Of a DNA stretch of 64,000 nucleotides, positions 39,795 through 48,353 are shown one piece after another. Below the pieces are notes generated by a model. That model saw only the letters and a list, made by a program, of their open reading frames with translations, had not been told where the DNA came from and searched no databases. This DNA comes from an uncultured Candidatus Saccharibacteria bacterium. Lineage in GTDB: Bacteria > Patescibacteriota > Minisyncoccia > Phycocordibacterales > Phycocordibacteraceae. The DNA lies in assembly GCA_964360855.1 (NCBI GenBank), contig CAYHXV010000001.1, positions 20,042-84,041 of the forward strand. The letters are read 5' to 3'. The position numbers and the translations under genes are program-made. Position 1 is the first letter of the stretch; each line of letters opens with the position of its first letter.

Positions 39795-39965
39795 CTATCC
39801 GAGCAGCTCGAGCTGCTCGATTGTAGGACGGGGAGATTCTTCCTGGGGCGAATCGATGAAGAATTGAGGCTGATGTGCAGCCACACACTCTGAACCGTCC
39901 CGGGCGTCCCCTTGCTCATGAACTTCTCCGCAGAAAATGCAGAGAGTAGAAGTCGACATAACCAT
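39795..39965 (-). CDS. Unannotated 56-aa protein with CxxCxxxH and C-terminal QLELL
   Basis: GGAGGTG RBS before ATG 39965; MVMSTSTLCIFCGEVHEQGDARDGSECVAAHQPQFFIDSPQEESPRPTIEQLELLG; followed by a hairpin. Confidence 0.6.
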   Translation of the reverse strand: MVMSTSTLCIFCGEVHEQGDARDGSECVAAHQPQFFIDSPQEESPRPTIEQLELLG

Positions 39966-40033
39966 GGTGCACCTCCTCTACTTTTATAACACACCTGTTT
40001 GTCGCAATTGAAGGGGCGCAGTATGCTGAGGAG

Positions 40034-41659
40034 ATGACCACCGTCAAGGAGATTCTCGGGCACATGAGCTCCCCCACACCAGAGGATAAGGCGTTGGTGG
40101 AGAAGGCATACGAATTTGCTAAGAATGCTCATGAGGGACATACCCGCTACTCTGGTGAGCCGTACTTCATACATCCAAGCGCAGTAGCCAAGCACCTCGC
40201 TGAACTTGGGCTGGACGCACCCACCATTGCCGCTGCCCTCCTGCACGACGCTATCGAGGACACGAATGTGACGCACGAAGAAGTAGAAAAGGAATTTGGC
40301 GCTGAGGTGCTCTTTTTGGTCGAGGGAGTTACCAAGCTCGGCCAACACAAGTACCAGGGCACAGAGCGCCATGCAGAGAGTCTGAGGCGCCTTCTGGTGG
40401 CTACCGCAGCTGATGTACGGGTACTTATCGTGAAGCTTGCAGACCGCTACCACAACATGACCACGCTTGAGCATGTGCCTGCAGAAAAACGTAAACGTAT
40501 CGCGCTTGAAACGCTTGAGATATACGCTCCCCTTGCAGACAGACTAGGTATGGGTCGCATTCGTAAGGACTTCGAGGACCTGGCATTTCCGTTCATAGAT
40601 CCCGATGCCTATCAGCATGCCGTTGAGGTACGCAAGCTTGCGGCAAAGGAAACAGAAGCAGGACTCACTAAGGTTCAGAAGGAAGTGCGTCATGCGCTTG
40701 CTCGCAAAGGTATTCGCGACTTCAGCACTGGCATTCGCATGAAGGGATTGTGGAGCTTGCATCAGAAGCTGAAGAGAAAAGGGGATGACATCACCCGCAT
40801 CCACGACATTGCCGCACTGCGTATTATTGTGCCAACCGTGAGTGACGCCTATACCGCGCTCGGGGTGCTGCATTCTCTCTGGAAACCGCTTCCGGGTGAA
40901 TTCAAAGACTACATAGCCGTACCAAAACCTTCAAGTGGCTATCAATCCCTCCATACAACCGTGGTGACGCCAGAGGCCGGTATTGTCGAGATTCAAATAC
41001 GCACTAAGGAAATGCACGAGCAAGCGGAGTTTGGTATTGCTTCGCACGGCTCATACAAAGCACTCGGGAAGAATGCAAAACAAAGTAGTGTGTCGAGACT
41101 CTCTCTTCCTTGGATAAAGGATCTGTTGCCGAACCTGCTCAACATGAAGCGCTCCACGCAGACAAGTGCGACGCCTTCGCTTAAGTCGACTCAAAAAAAT
41201 ACTTCAGTGGCACCCCGGTGGCTTTCGGACCTTGCTGATGCGCACGCAAAAGTCGCTGAGTCCGGAGAGTTTGTGGAGGGACTCAAGAATGATTTCTTCT
41301 CGCATCGCATCTTTGTGTTCAGTCCCCGGGGAGACGTAATAGACCTTCCCACAGGCTCAACACCCGTGGACTTTGCCTATGCCATACATAGTGATTTGGG
41401 AGAGCATATGCAGGGAGCTAAAATAAATGGGAAGTTGGTTTCTTTTGATACGGAGCTGCGCAACGGAGATATCATTGAAATATTAAAGAGCAAGAATGCA
41501 CGACCAACCGCCAAGTGGCATGACTACGCGCGCACGAGCATGGCGCGCCGGCATATCAGAAATTATCTCGATACGCATGAGCGCACACAATCAACAATTC
41601 CGGAGATAAAACCGTTGCGTATTAAGAAAAAGAAGAATCCAAAAGGTTCTAGACCGTAA
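40034..41659 (+). CDS. rel: RelA/SpoT homologue (HD + synthetase + TGS)
   Basis: RYSGEPYFIHP, LHDAIED, KLADRYHNM, YQSLHT, EIQIRT, DFAYAIHS. Confidence 0.95.
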   Translation: MTTVKEILGHMSSPTPEDKALVEKAYEFAKNAHEGHTRYSGEPYFIHPSAVAKHLAELGLDAPTIAAALLHDAIEDTNVTHEEVEKEFGAEVLFLVEGVTKLGQHKYQGTERHAESLRRLLVATAADVRVLIVKLADRYHNMTTLEHVPAEKRKRIALETLEIYAPLADRLGMGRIRKDFEDLAFPFIDPDAYQHAVEVRKLAAKETEAGLTKVQKEVRHALARKGIRDFSTGIRMKGLWSLHQKLKRKGDDITRIHDIAALRIIVPTVSDAYTALGVLHSLWKPLPGEFKDYIAVPKPSSGYQSLHTTVVTPEAGIVEIQIRTKEMHEQAEFGIASHGSYKALGKNAKQSSVSRLSLPWIKDLLPNLLNMKRSTQTSATPSLKSTQKNTSVAPRWLSDLADAHAKVAESGEFVEGLKNDFFSHRIFVFSPRGDVIDLPTGSTPVDFAYAIHSDLGEHMQGAKINGKLVSFDTELRNGDIIEILKSKNARPTAKWHDYARTSMARRHIRNYLDTHERTQSTIPEIKPLRIKKKKNPKGSRP

Positions 41660-42677
41660 AGCTAGAAACAGAATACAAATCCTCTTCTGGTTGAGGTGGG
41701 GGTACTGGTAGCTGCTCTATAACAGGCGGCAACTGGGTAGTATTTGGAAATGTCTTTGGGGCGTCATCCGCAACAACTTCTGCAGGAGCTTCTTGCTCAA
41801 CTGCAAGCTCCGCCTCACGGGCTGCCAGAATTCCGGCAATGTGCGAGAGGTCTTCGGGAGAGAGGAATTCAATAAGCACTCTGCCGCCCTGAGGGCGGTT
41901 CTCAATAAGCACGCGAGTGCCAAGGGTTTCTGAAAGACTCTTCTCAAGCTCCATCATCTCGAGTGTTTTATCGTGTTTGCGAATGCGATCAGTAGCTATA
42001 CGGCGCGCTAGCTGCTCCACCATACGCACGCTCGTCTTCTTCATCACAATCTCTTTGAAGAGTGTGTTCAACTCCTCTGGTCTATCCTGAAGCATCAAAA
42101 GTGCGCGCCCATGTCCCTCCGTTATTTGATTTGAAACAATGGCTTCCTGCATAAATTCAGGCAGAAGCAGCAGGCGAATGGAGTTTGATACGTATTCACG
42201 ACTGCGTCCCACCTTTGCACCAACCTCTACATGCGAGAGACCGAATGCTTCGGCTAGTTGTGCAAACGCCTTGGCACGATCAATAGGATTTAAGTCTTCG
42301 CGCTGCAAGTTCTCGATGATGGCAAGCTCGAGCTTCATCTTGTCTGACTGCTCGCCAGCACGTATCACCACCGGTACTTCCCGCAACCCAATCAATTTCG
42401 AGGCACGAAGTCTGCGCTCTCCGGCGATGAGTTCATAGGCTGCTTGGAGACCCCCTCCGGCCTTTTCCATTTCCGTGCGTGTGACCACAAGCGGCTGCAG
42501 CACGCCATACTGGCGAATACTTTCCGCAAGTGCTTTCAGGCGGTCTTCATCAAACTCCCGCCTGGGCTGATAGGGGTTGGGTTGAATGCGGTCGGTCTCC
42601 ACCCAAAATACGGAGTCGTATTTGGTAGGTTCAACAAACTTTTGCCGGGTGGGGTCGGCACTGCCAAACATGTTCAT
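41649..42677 (-). CDS. parB: ParB/Spo0J partition protein
   Basis: PNPYQPRR, LIAGERRLRA, IENLQREDL. Confidence 0.95.
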   Translation of the reverse strand: MNMFGSADPTRQKFVEPTKYDSVFWVETDRIQPNPYQPRREFDEDRLKALAESIRQYGVLQPLVVTRTEMEKAGGGLQAAYELIAGERRLRASKLIGLREVPVVIRAGEQSDKMKLELAIIENLQREDLNPIDRAKAFAQLAEAFGLSHVEVGAKVGRSREYVSNSIRLLLLPEFMQEAIVSNQITEGHGRALLMLQDRPEELNTLFKEIVMKKTSVRMVEQLARRIATDRIRKHDKTLEMMELEKSLSETLGTRVLIENRPQGGRVLIEFLSPEDLSHIAGILAAREAELAVEQEAPAEVVADDAPKTFPNTTQLPPVIEQLPVPPPQPEEDLYSVSSFTV

Positions 42678-42736
42678 GCGGCAATTCTAACATGAGCGTT
42701 GCGAAGCAGACTATGAGCGCGTAGGATAATCCTATT

Positions 42737-42817
42737 GCCGGGGTGGCGGAATGGTATACGCGATTGATTCAAAACCAATTCCTGAAAGGGTTGAGGGTTC
42801 AAGTCCCTCCCCCGGCA
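42737..42817 (+). tRNA. tRNA-Leu(CAA)
   Basis: Type II cloverleaf, anticodon loop TTCAAAA. Confidence 0.92.
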
Positions 42818-42971
42818 CATATTGAGGGCCTGCAAATTATTGCTCTCATTTCACCCACGTTTACGGCATGGAAGGAGGGGGAGAATCCCTTCACCCCAGA
42901 CGGCAGAGAACTCGTTCCTCCCGTTCGCCCAAAAACGAACTGGCATGAGCTCACTCGTGACTACTAAAAGA

Positions 42972-43004
42972 ACCGGCGACCCTCAAGGTCGCCGGAACTT
43001 TTTT
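42972..43004 (+). terminator. Rho-independent terminator
   Basis: CCGGCGACC/GGTCGCCGG stem plus T tract. Confidence 0.7.
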
Positions 43005-43051
43005 AGTGTGCTATCCTCTTACTTCCCGCAACGATAGTAATAGGATGTAAA

Positions 43052-43222
43052 ATGTCGTTTGGAGTGATTAATTTGTTCTTCCCCGTTGTTGTAGGCGTAC
43101 TGCTTGCACCCGCGACCACAACCCGTCGCGATGACGGCGCAAGCACAGACAAGCCGCCTCTGGTAGGCGGCGAAGACTTTGCCACGTGGGGTGTGTCCGA
43201 ACGCGCACGCTCACACGGCTAA
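43052..43222 (+). CDS. Unannotated 56-aa small protein with hydrophobic N-terminus
   Basis: MSFGVINLFFPVVVGVLLAPATTTRRDDG...; fills the gap between two terminators. Confidence 0.4.
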   Translation: MSFGVINLFFPVVVGVLLAPATTTRRDDGASTDKPPLVGGEDFATWGVSERARSHG

Positions 43223-43232
43223 GGCAACAACG

Positions 43233-43267
43233 GGAAAAGCCCGCCGCAGAATGCGACGGGCTTTTTC
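43233..43267. terminator. Bidirectional terminator
   Basis: AAAAGCCCG..CGGGCTTTTT. Confidence 0.7.
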
Positions 43268-43273
43268 ATACTC

Positions 43274-43936
43274 CTAAATCTTCCCCACCAAATCCATTCC
43301 CGGCTCAAGCGTATCGTCTCCCGGTTCCCAACTAGCCGGACACACCTGCCCTGCGTGGCTCTCCACAAACTGCGCCGCTTGGAGCTTGCGCAGGGTCTCC
43401 TTTGCCGAGCGTCCCACGCTGTTATCGTGTATCTCCATGGTGCGCAGTGTTCCAGTTGGATCAACAATGAAGGTACCGCGCAGTGCAAGTCCCTCGTCCG
43501 GAGTGAGGACGGTGTCTCCTCCCTCGATAAGCACCCCAAAGGCGTTTGCAATCTTTCCGGATGGATCAGCACCCATAGGGAAGGTTATTTTCTTGATTGC
43601 TTCTGAGGTATCGTGCCAGGCTTTGTGCACAAACACGGTGTCCGTGGAGAAAGACACCACCTCCGTATTCATCTCCTTCATTTTTGGATAGAGGTTTGCC
43701 AGGTCTTCAAGTTCAGTTGGACACACGAAAGTGAAGTCTGCAGGGTAGAACATAATAACGAGCCACTTCCCTCGAAAGTCTGAGAACTTCATGGGTTTTA
43801 CCTCGTCGTTCTGGAATGCTTCGAATTCGTAGTCCGGAATGGTCTCGCCAATGCGTACGGAACTTGAATACTCTCGAAACGGATCGTGAAAGTCTCCACA
43901 GTACTCACAGTAATTACTCTTTTGTTCTTTAGTCAT
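43274..43936 (-). CDS. ahpC: 2-Cys peroxiredoxin
   Basis: FYPADFTFVCPTE and VCPASW. Confidence 0.93.
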   Translation of the reverse strand: MTKEQKSNYCEYCGDFHDPFREYSSSVRIGETIPDYEFEAFQNDEVKPMKFSDFRGKWLVIMFYPADFTFVCPTELEDLANLYPKMKEMNTEVVSFSTDTVFVHKAWHDTSEAIKKITFPMGADPSGKIANAFGVLIEGGDTVLTPDEGLALRGTFIVDPTGTLRTMEIHDNSVGRSAKETLRKLQAAQFVESHAGQVCPASWEPGDDTLEPGMDLVGKI

Positions 43937-43989
43937 AGGTTGTGCCGTTATTTCAGGCTCATGATAGCATCCACTGTATTAGTACGCAC

Positions 43990-44817
43990 ATGAGCTCCCT
44001 GCCCCTAGTATGCGTCGTTGGACCCACCGCTTCGGGCAAGTCTGCTCGGGCGATTAGCCTTGCCAAAGAGCTAAACGGTGAAGTTATTTCAGTAGACTCA
44101 CGCCAGGTATACCGAACACTCGATATTGGTACTGAGAAGCTTTCTCAAGAGGAGATGGAGGGAATCCCTCATCATCTTATCGATATCAAAGACCCCCGAG
44201 AAACCTATAGCGCACAAGAATTTGTGGAAGACGCCACGCACCTCATAGCTGAAATTCAAGCACGGGGAAAGCGCCCCATACTTGCGGGAGGAACGCACTT
44301 TTATTTCGAAGCATTGTTGTATGGACTTCCCGAAACTCAGAAGCCAGACCCGGAACTGCGAACGGCGCTTGAACTGCTCCCAACCGAAGAGCTGGTGCGA
44401 CGCATTCAGGAAAGCGACCCGCATCGTGCAGAGCGCATAGATCTGCAGAACCGCAGACGACTGGTGCGCTCGCTTGAGATAATTGCGGAGCATGGGCATG
44501 TTCCTCTGCGCAATACAGAGAACCCTCGGTACGAAGTTGAATGGGTGGTGATTAACCCTGAGAGAGAGGTATTGCGCGAGCGCATTGGTATTCGTCTAGA
44601 GAGCGCATTTGAACGAGGTCTTGTGGAAGAAGTACGAAGGGTACGTGAGTATGTGGGGGACACTCGACTGAATGAACTTGGTCTTGAGTATCGGGTTATT
44701 GGAGAATACTTGCGTGGTGAGCGGAGTGAAGACTCCTTACTCCCAACCCTGCACTCGAAACTCTGGCATTACGCCAGGCATCAGAAGGCGTGGTTGCGAA
44801 AGTTACTTCTAGACTAG
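43990..44817 (+). CDS. miaA: tRNA dimethylallyltransferase
   Basis: GPTASGKS, DSRQVY, PHHLID, GGTHFY, YARHQ. Confidence 0.95.
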   Translation: MSSLPLVCVVGPTASGKSARAISLAKELNGEVISVDSRQVYRTLDIGTEKLSQEEMEGIPHHLIDIKDPRETYSAQEFVEDATHLIAEIQARGKRPILAGGTHFYFEALLYGLPETQKPDPELRTALELLPTEELVRRIQESDPHRAERIDLQNRRRLVRSLEIIAEHGHVPLRNTENPRYEVEWVVINPEREVLRERIGIRLESAFERGLVEEVRRVREYVGDTRLNELGLEYRVIGEYLRGERSEDSLLPTLHSKLWHYARHQKAWLRKLLLD

Positions 44818-44818
44818 T

Positions 44819-45769
44819 TCAATACAACGAGAAGTGGCTTCCGGTTATGTGCCCATATCCGTTATCGCTCTTACAATACGCAGATATTCCTTTTGCTCGA
44901 GCAGCGTCACGGAGTGCGCAATCAAAAGTCTCAAAGACGGGACGTAGTCCCGCCAGCTGCGCTGCTGCAGCAAAGGAAGCAATGTTTGCAGCTGTATAGG
45001 TGGTGGGACTTCTGAACGAAGCATCAATACAGGTCCCATTCGCGTGGCATTTGTTGGTATGTGTTGACGTCGGAGGGAATGCCTCCGTTACCACCCAGGT
45101 GCCATTAAAGGTGGTATTGAGTTTCCCTATCTTTGGTGCAACGTTAGGATCAAGAGTGCAGTTGTTCGTGCACGTCACTCCATACGTCTTTAGTGAGACA
45201 CACGTAGGACATCCGGCAGTTCCGGTAGTGGTGCCTCCCGGCGTCGGTGTATTGACCACGAGCTGAGCGGCAGTAATTGCTCCAGAGAAAAGCTTCTGTG
45301 TTTCTGATTCCACAACGCAGGCCGAACCATTCCGCAATATACTATTCCACGGCCCCCACCCCGACTCGTTTGGGTTGTATAGCGTCTTCATAACAAAATC
45401 AACCATGAGCCAGGCGGTGAGCATGATGAGTAGCCCAATCGCCGCATTCCCGAGCATCTTCTTTGCACTACTGCGCGCTTCGGGATTGACTCCAGAAATA
45501 ATAAATAGGAACCCTGCCCACGCAATGATGATGGTGAAAATAAGAACACCAAATGAGATGCCAACGTTAATGAAGCGCTGTGCTATTTCCATAACTGCAC
45601 CAAAGGACAATGGAGCACCCTCAGGGCATGCAGGATCTATGTCGTGTGCACTGGGAACAATGTGGAAATTACTATCCAAGCTTGTTCCACTTGCCGCATG
45701 TGCAAAAGGCACCGCTACAGTACTGCCAAGCAATATGAGGAGGGTGATTACTAGTGTTCGGATATGCAT
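44819..45769 (-). CDS. VirB2/TrbC-like pilin fused to a putative M15/Hedgehog-type Zn peptidase domain
   Basis: Signal peptide AHA, two-TM pilin core, C-terminal CHANGTCID...HFS motif. Confidence 0.7.
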   Translation of the reverse strand: MHIRTLVITLLILLGSTVAVPFAHAASGTSLDSNFHIVPSAHDIDPACPEGAPLSFGAVMEIAQRFINVGISFGVLIFTIIIAWAGFLFIISGVNPEARSSAKKMLGNAAIGLLIMLTAWLMVDFVMKTLYNPNESGWGPWNSILRNGSACVVESETQKLFSGAITAAQLVVNTPTPGGTTTGTAGCPTCVSLKTYGVTCTNNCTLDPNVAPKIGKLNTTFNGTWVVTEAFPPTSTHTNKCHANGTCIDASFRSPTTYTAANIASFAAAAQLAGLRPVFETFDCALRDAARAKGISAYCKSDNGYGHITGSHFSLY

Positions 45770-45772
45770 ACG

Positions 45773-46321
45773 CTAAGGGAGCTTCACCGCACCCGGACAG
45801 AAACTGAGTCCAAGATTCTCATACTGCGAGTACACCTCACTCACGTCTGGCGTCACCGATATAATCGTATTTAAACTACAGAGCTCGCTATCCGAGAGCG
45901 CAAGCAAGTTTCTCAAGTACGTTTGTGCTTCTAACCGAGCTGCTCCAATAGGCTCGGCAATAAGTATTATGAGAAATTGTGAATCAGATTCAGAATACTG
46001 AATCGAGAAGGTGAATCCTTCGGTAGAATATTCCGGTCCGTATAAGTTATAGAATCGCCCACCAGGGGTATCCAGTGGTTCTTTTCCAGACAAGACGTTG
46101 GGTACCATTACCGCTTCTCCACTCCTCGCATGGACACTCATCGTCTTTGGCACGTACGTGGTGCTTCCTCCAGGATTCAGAATTCCTCCAAAGGGATTGA
46201 GAGGTTGCGTGCTCCCTGGTGACTGCCGTCCAAACATCTGAAGGCCCACATAGCCAAGTACACCAATACTCAGAACAATGAGCACGACCGCAACCACAAT
46301 AATAAGTCTCTGCTTCGTCAT
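45773..46321 (-). CDS. Single-TM exported protein
   Basis: Translationally coupled between the two pilin fusions; LC...FCP Cys pair. Confidence 0.75.
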   Translation of the reverse strand: MTKQRLIIVVAVVLIVLSIGVLGYVGLQMFGRQSPGSTQPLNPFGGILNPGGSTTYVPKTMSVHARSGEAVMVPNVLSGKEPLDTPGGRFYNLYGPEYSTEGFTFSIQYSESDSQFLIILIAEPIGAARLEAQTYLRNLLALSDSELCSLNTIISVTPDVSEVYSQYENLGLSFCPGAVKLP

Positions 46322-47322
46322 GGTAGTAATGATACCCCACGAGTAATCAGTGTCTGAAGAGCAAGTGGCAGTGGCGTGGAGCCTGCGTCAGCGAGCCCAC
46401 ACTTCCCTGCAGTAGACCACTCCTTCCAGCCGGTGCGCTTGTTGGTCGCAACCGCTTCGGCAATATTGGCACTCGCGGTCTTTGCTGCCGCCACACAGCG
46501 CGCGTAAAGTGCTTCATCCTTCACTCTCGCGGTATAGTTTTTGCCCGTAAAGGCGGAAGGGCAGTTAAGTCCCGCGACAGAATGGTAGGTGAGATTTATT
46601 TGAAATAGACCAAAAGAGAATGCGCGACGTTGAGGATCGTTATGCATGTAGTCACTACCACTAACGCGTTGCACAACACCGCCACTCTCGGCATAGCAAA
46701 TTTGTGCAGCCTGTCTCGCGGTTTCCTCAGAACCAAAAGCTGCAATGAAATTAGTATACGCACACGCTCCACTGGTGGGTATCCGACAACTCCCCGGTCC
46801 TCCTCCTGCCACTCCTGGAGTGCCGCCAGAGGTAGAGAGCTCTGCGGCGGTGATGGCGCCACTGAAGAGCGGTATTGTTTCAAATGAGGTCACACACATG
46901 TCGCCCCCGGTGAGGATACTGTTCCAGGGTCCGAACTCTCCCTTGGTACCATCAGGTCCGCTATAGAGCGCCTTCATAACAAAGTCCACAATAAGCCATG
47001 CGGAGAGCACAATGAGAAGTCCAACAGCAGCATTTATAAGCATCTTGTTTGCTTGGCTTCGAGCCTCGGGGTTTGCAGGTGTGGTGATATAGAGAAACCC
47101 GGCCCACGCAATGATGATAACGGCAAATAAAACACCTATCGATATCCCCCCGTTCACCAGGTTCTGAACGGTTCCTAATACTCCTGCAAATCCGCAGGGG
47201 CACGCTCTGCAGGCTTCGGGTACCAAGCTCCACCCAGAAGAAAGAAAGGGCATATCTGCAGCTGCCACAGAAAGCGGAAGCACACTGAGTGTTAGTAGGG
47301 AGAGAGCCCGCAACCGATTCAT
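46318..47322 (-). CDS. VirB2/TrbC-like pilin fused to a lysozyme-like/lytic transglycosylase domain
   Basis: Pilin core; ICYAESGG, SFGLFQIN, NI..A, GWKEWST motifs. Confidence 0.75.
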   Translation of the reverse strand: MNRLRALSLLTLSVLPLSVAAADMPFLSSGWSLVPEACRACPCGFAGVLGTVQNLVNGGISIGVLFAVIIIAWAGFLYITTPANPEARSQANKMLINAAVGLLIVLSAWLIVDFVMKALYSGPDGTKGEFGPWNSILTGGDMCVTSFETIPLFSGAITAAELSTSGGTPGVAGGGPGSCRIPTSGACAYTNFIAAFGSEETARQAAQICYAESGGVVQRVSGSDYMHNDPQRRAFSFGLFQINLTYHSVAGLNCPSAFTGKNYTARVKDEALYARCVAAAKTASANIAEAVATNKRTGWKEWSTAGKCGLADAGSTPLPLALQTLITRGVSLLP

Positions 47323-47401
47323 GGCTGTATTGTACCGTGTGCAGGAGCCTCTTCCCCGCTTTTCCCCGCCTCCTTTGTCTGGTATCGTGAAGAAGTTCCA
47401 A

Positions 47402-47475
47402 GGGCCTATAGTTTAATGGTAGAACATTGGTCTCCAAAACCAATAGTGTAGGTTCGATTCCTACTGGGCCCGCCA
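47402..47475 (+). tRNA. tRNA-Trp(CCA)
   Basis: Cloverleaf, anticodon loop CTCCAAA, encoded CCA. Confidence 0.95.
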
Positions 47476-47486
47476 CATAAAACTCC

Positions 47487-47975
47487 ATGCTCATACCTGT
47501 AGTAGATGCTAACGATATTCAGATAGGGCTTAAAGAGCGCGAGGATATTACCTCTGGCGATATCTACCGTGTTTCTGCGCTTTGGCTCACGAACTCTAAT
47601 GGGGATGTTCTTCTCACACAGCGCTCATATACAAAGAAGAATAGCCCTGGTGCGTGGAGCGCGGCAGTTGCCGGGACGGTAGAGTGTTCAGAAAGTTACG
47701 AGGAAAATATACTGAAAGAGACTCAGGAGGAATTGGGATTTCTACTTTCTTCCAGCGAGCTTCGGCTTGGCCCCAAAAAGCGCATGCCGCATCTGTTTTG
47801 TCAGTGGTATTTTGCTACAAAGAACATCGCTCTCAATACACTCATTCTCCAGCCAGACGAAGTTATAGATGCGCAGTGGGTAACGCCCCAAGACTTACGA
47901 CGATGGGTCTCCGAACGACCTGAGGAATTTACTGGAAGCATGCCTCTAGTACTTGATGAGTTCCTTGCCCTATAG
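47487..47975 (+). CDS. NUDIX hydrolase (IDI/YfcD-like)
   Basis: VLLTQRS..K..PG.W..AG.....ESYEE..KETQEELG Nudix box. Confidence 0.85.
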   Translation: MLIPVVDANDIQIGLKEREDITSGDIYRVSALWLTNSNGDVLLTQRSYTKKNSPGAWSAAVAGTVECSESYEENILKETQEELGFLLSSSELRLGPKKRMPHLFCQWYFATKNIALNTLILQPDEVIDAQWVTPQDLRRWVSERPEEFTGSMPLVLDEFLAL

Positions 47976-48011
47976 CCCCATTCCAGTTATCCCCACCCCC
48001 TCCAAAACCCC

Positions 48012-48040
48012 TTGACACCAAAACCCCCTTCCTGTAGTCT
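48012..48040 (+). promoter_or_regulatory. Sigma70-type promoter with no downstream ORF
   Basis: TTGACA (48012), 17 bp spacer, TAGTCT (48035). Confidence 0.7.
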
Positions 48041-48045
48041 TCGTA

Positions 48046-48125
48046 AGTGCTTGTGAGCTTTTGGTTTCGGCCAGACTTTCACAGGCACACTGGAGAAACG
48101 GCTTTCGGGCCGTTTTTCCATTTCC
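48046..48125 (+). ncRNA. Candidate ~80 nt sRNA with two UUCG-capped hairpins
   Basis: GTGCTTGTGA/TCACAGGCAC outer stem with inner TTTGGT-TTCG-GCCAGA; second stem TGGAGAAACGGCT-TTCG-GGCCGTTTTTCCA. Confidence 0.55.
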
Positions 48126-48144
48126 CCCTTTCAATAGTTAAAAG

Positions 48145-48170
48145 GAAAACCGCCCTCTCGGGCGGTTTTC
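48145..48170 (-). terminator. rpmG terminator
   Basis: GAAAACCGCCC/GGGCGGTTTTC inverted repeat. Confidence 0.75.
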
Positions 48171-48172
48171 TC

Positions 48173-48325
48173 TTACTTCTTCACTTCCTTATATAGCTCG
48201 TGCTTCCTGGTGTTTGGATCGTAATGCTTGAATTCAAGCTTTCGGGTGACCTTCTTCTTATTCTTCGTGGTCATACGAATATGTCCTGAGGGGGACTTCA
48301 TTTTCTGCAGGCGGTCTTGTGACAT
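48173..48325 (-). CDS. rpmG: 50S ribosomal protein L33 (Cys-free form)
   Basis: TTKNKKK..KLEFKHYDP..RKHELYKE. Confidence 0.9.
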   Translation of the reverse strand: MSQDRLQKMKSPSGHIRMTTKNKKKVTRKLEFKHYDPNTRKHELYKEVKK

Positions 48326-48353
48326 AGGTAGGGAGACTATACCAGCCTGGGCA

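Noticed and set aside
39749-40474. 241-aa minus-strand ORF
   Set aside because: Overlaps rel antisense; the 56-aa ORF in another frame has the SD and fits the intergenic gap
47402-47475. Alternative genetic code (UGA recoding as in Gracilibacteria/Absconditabacteria)
   Set aside because: tRNA-Trp has a CCA anticodon, genes translate intact under code 11, and several end in TGA
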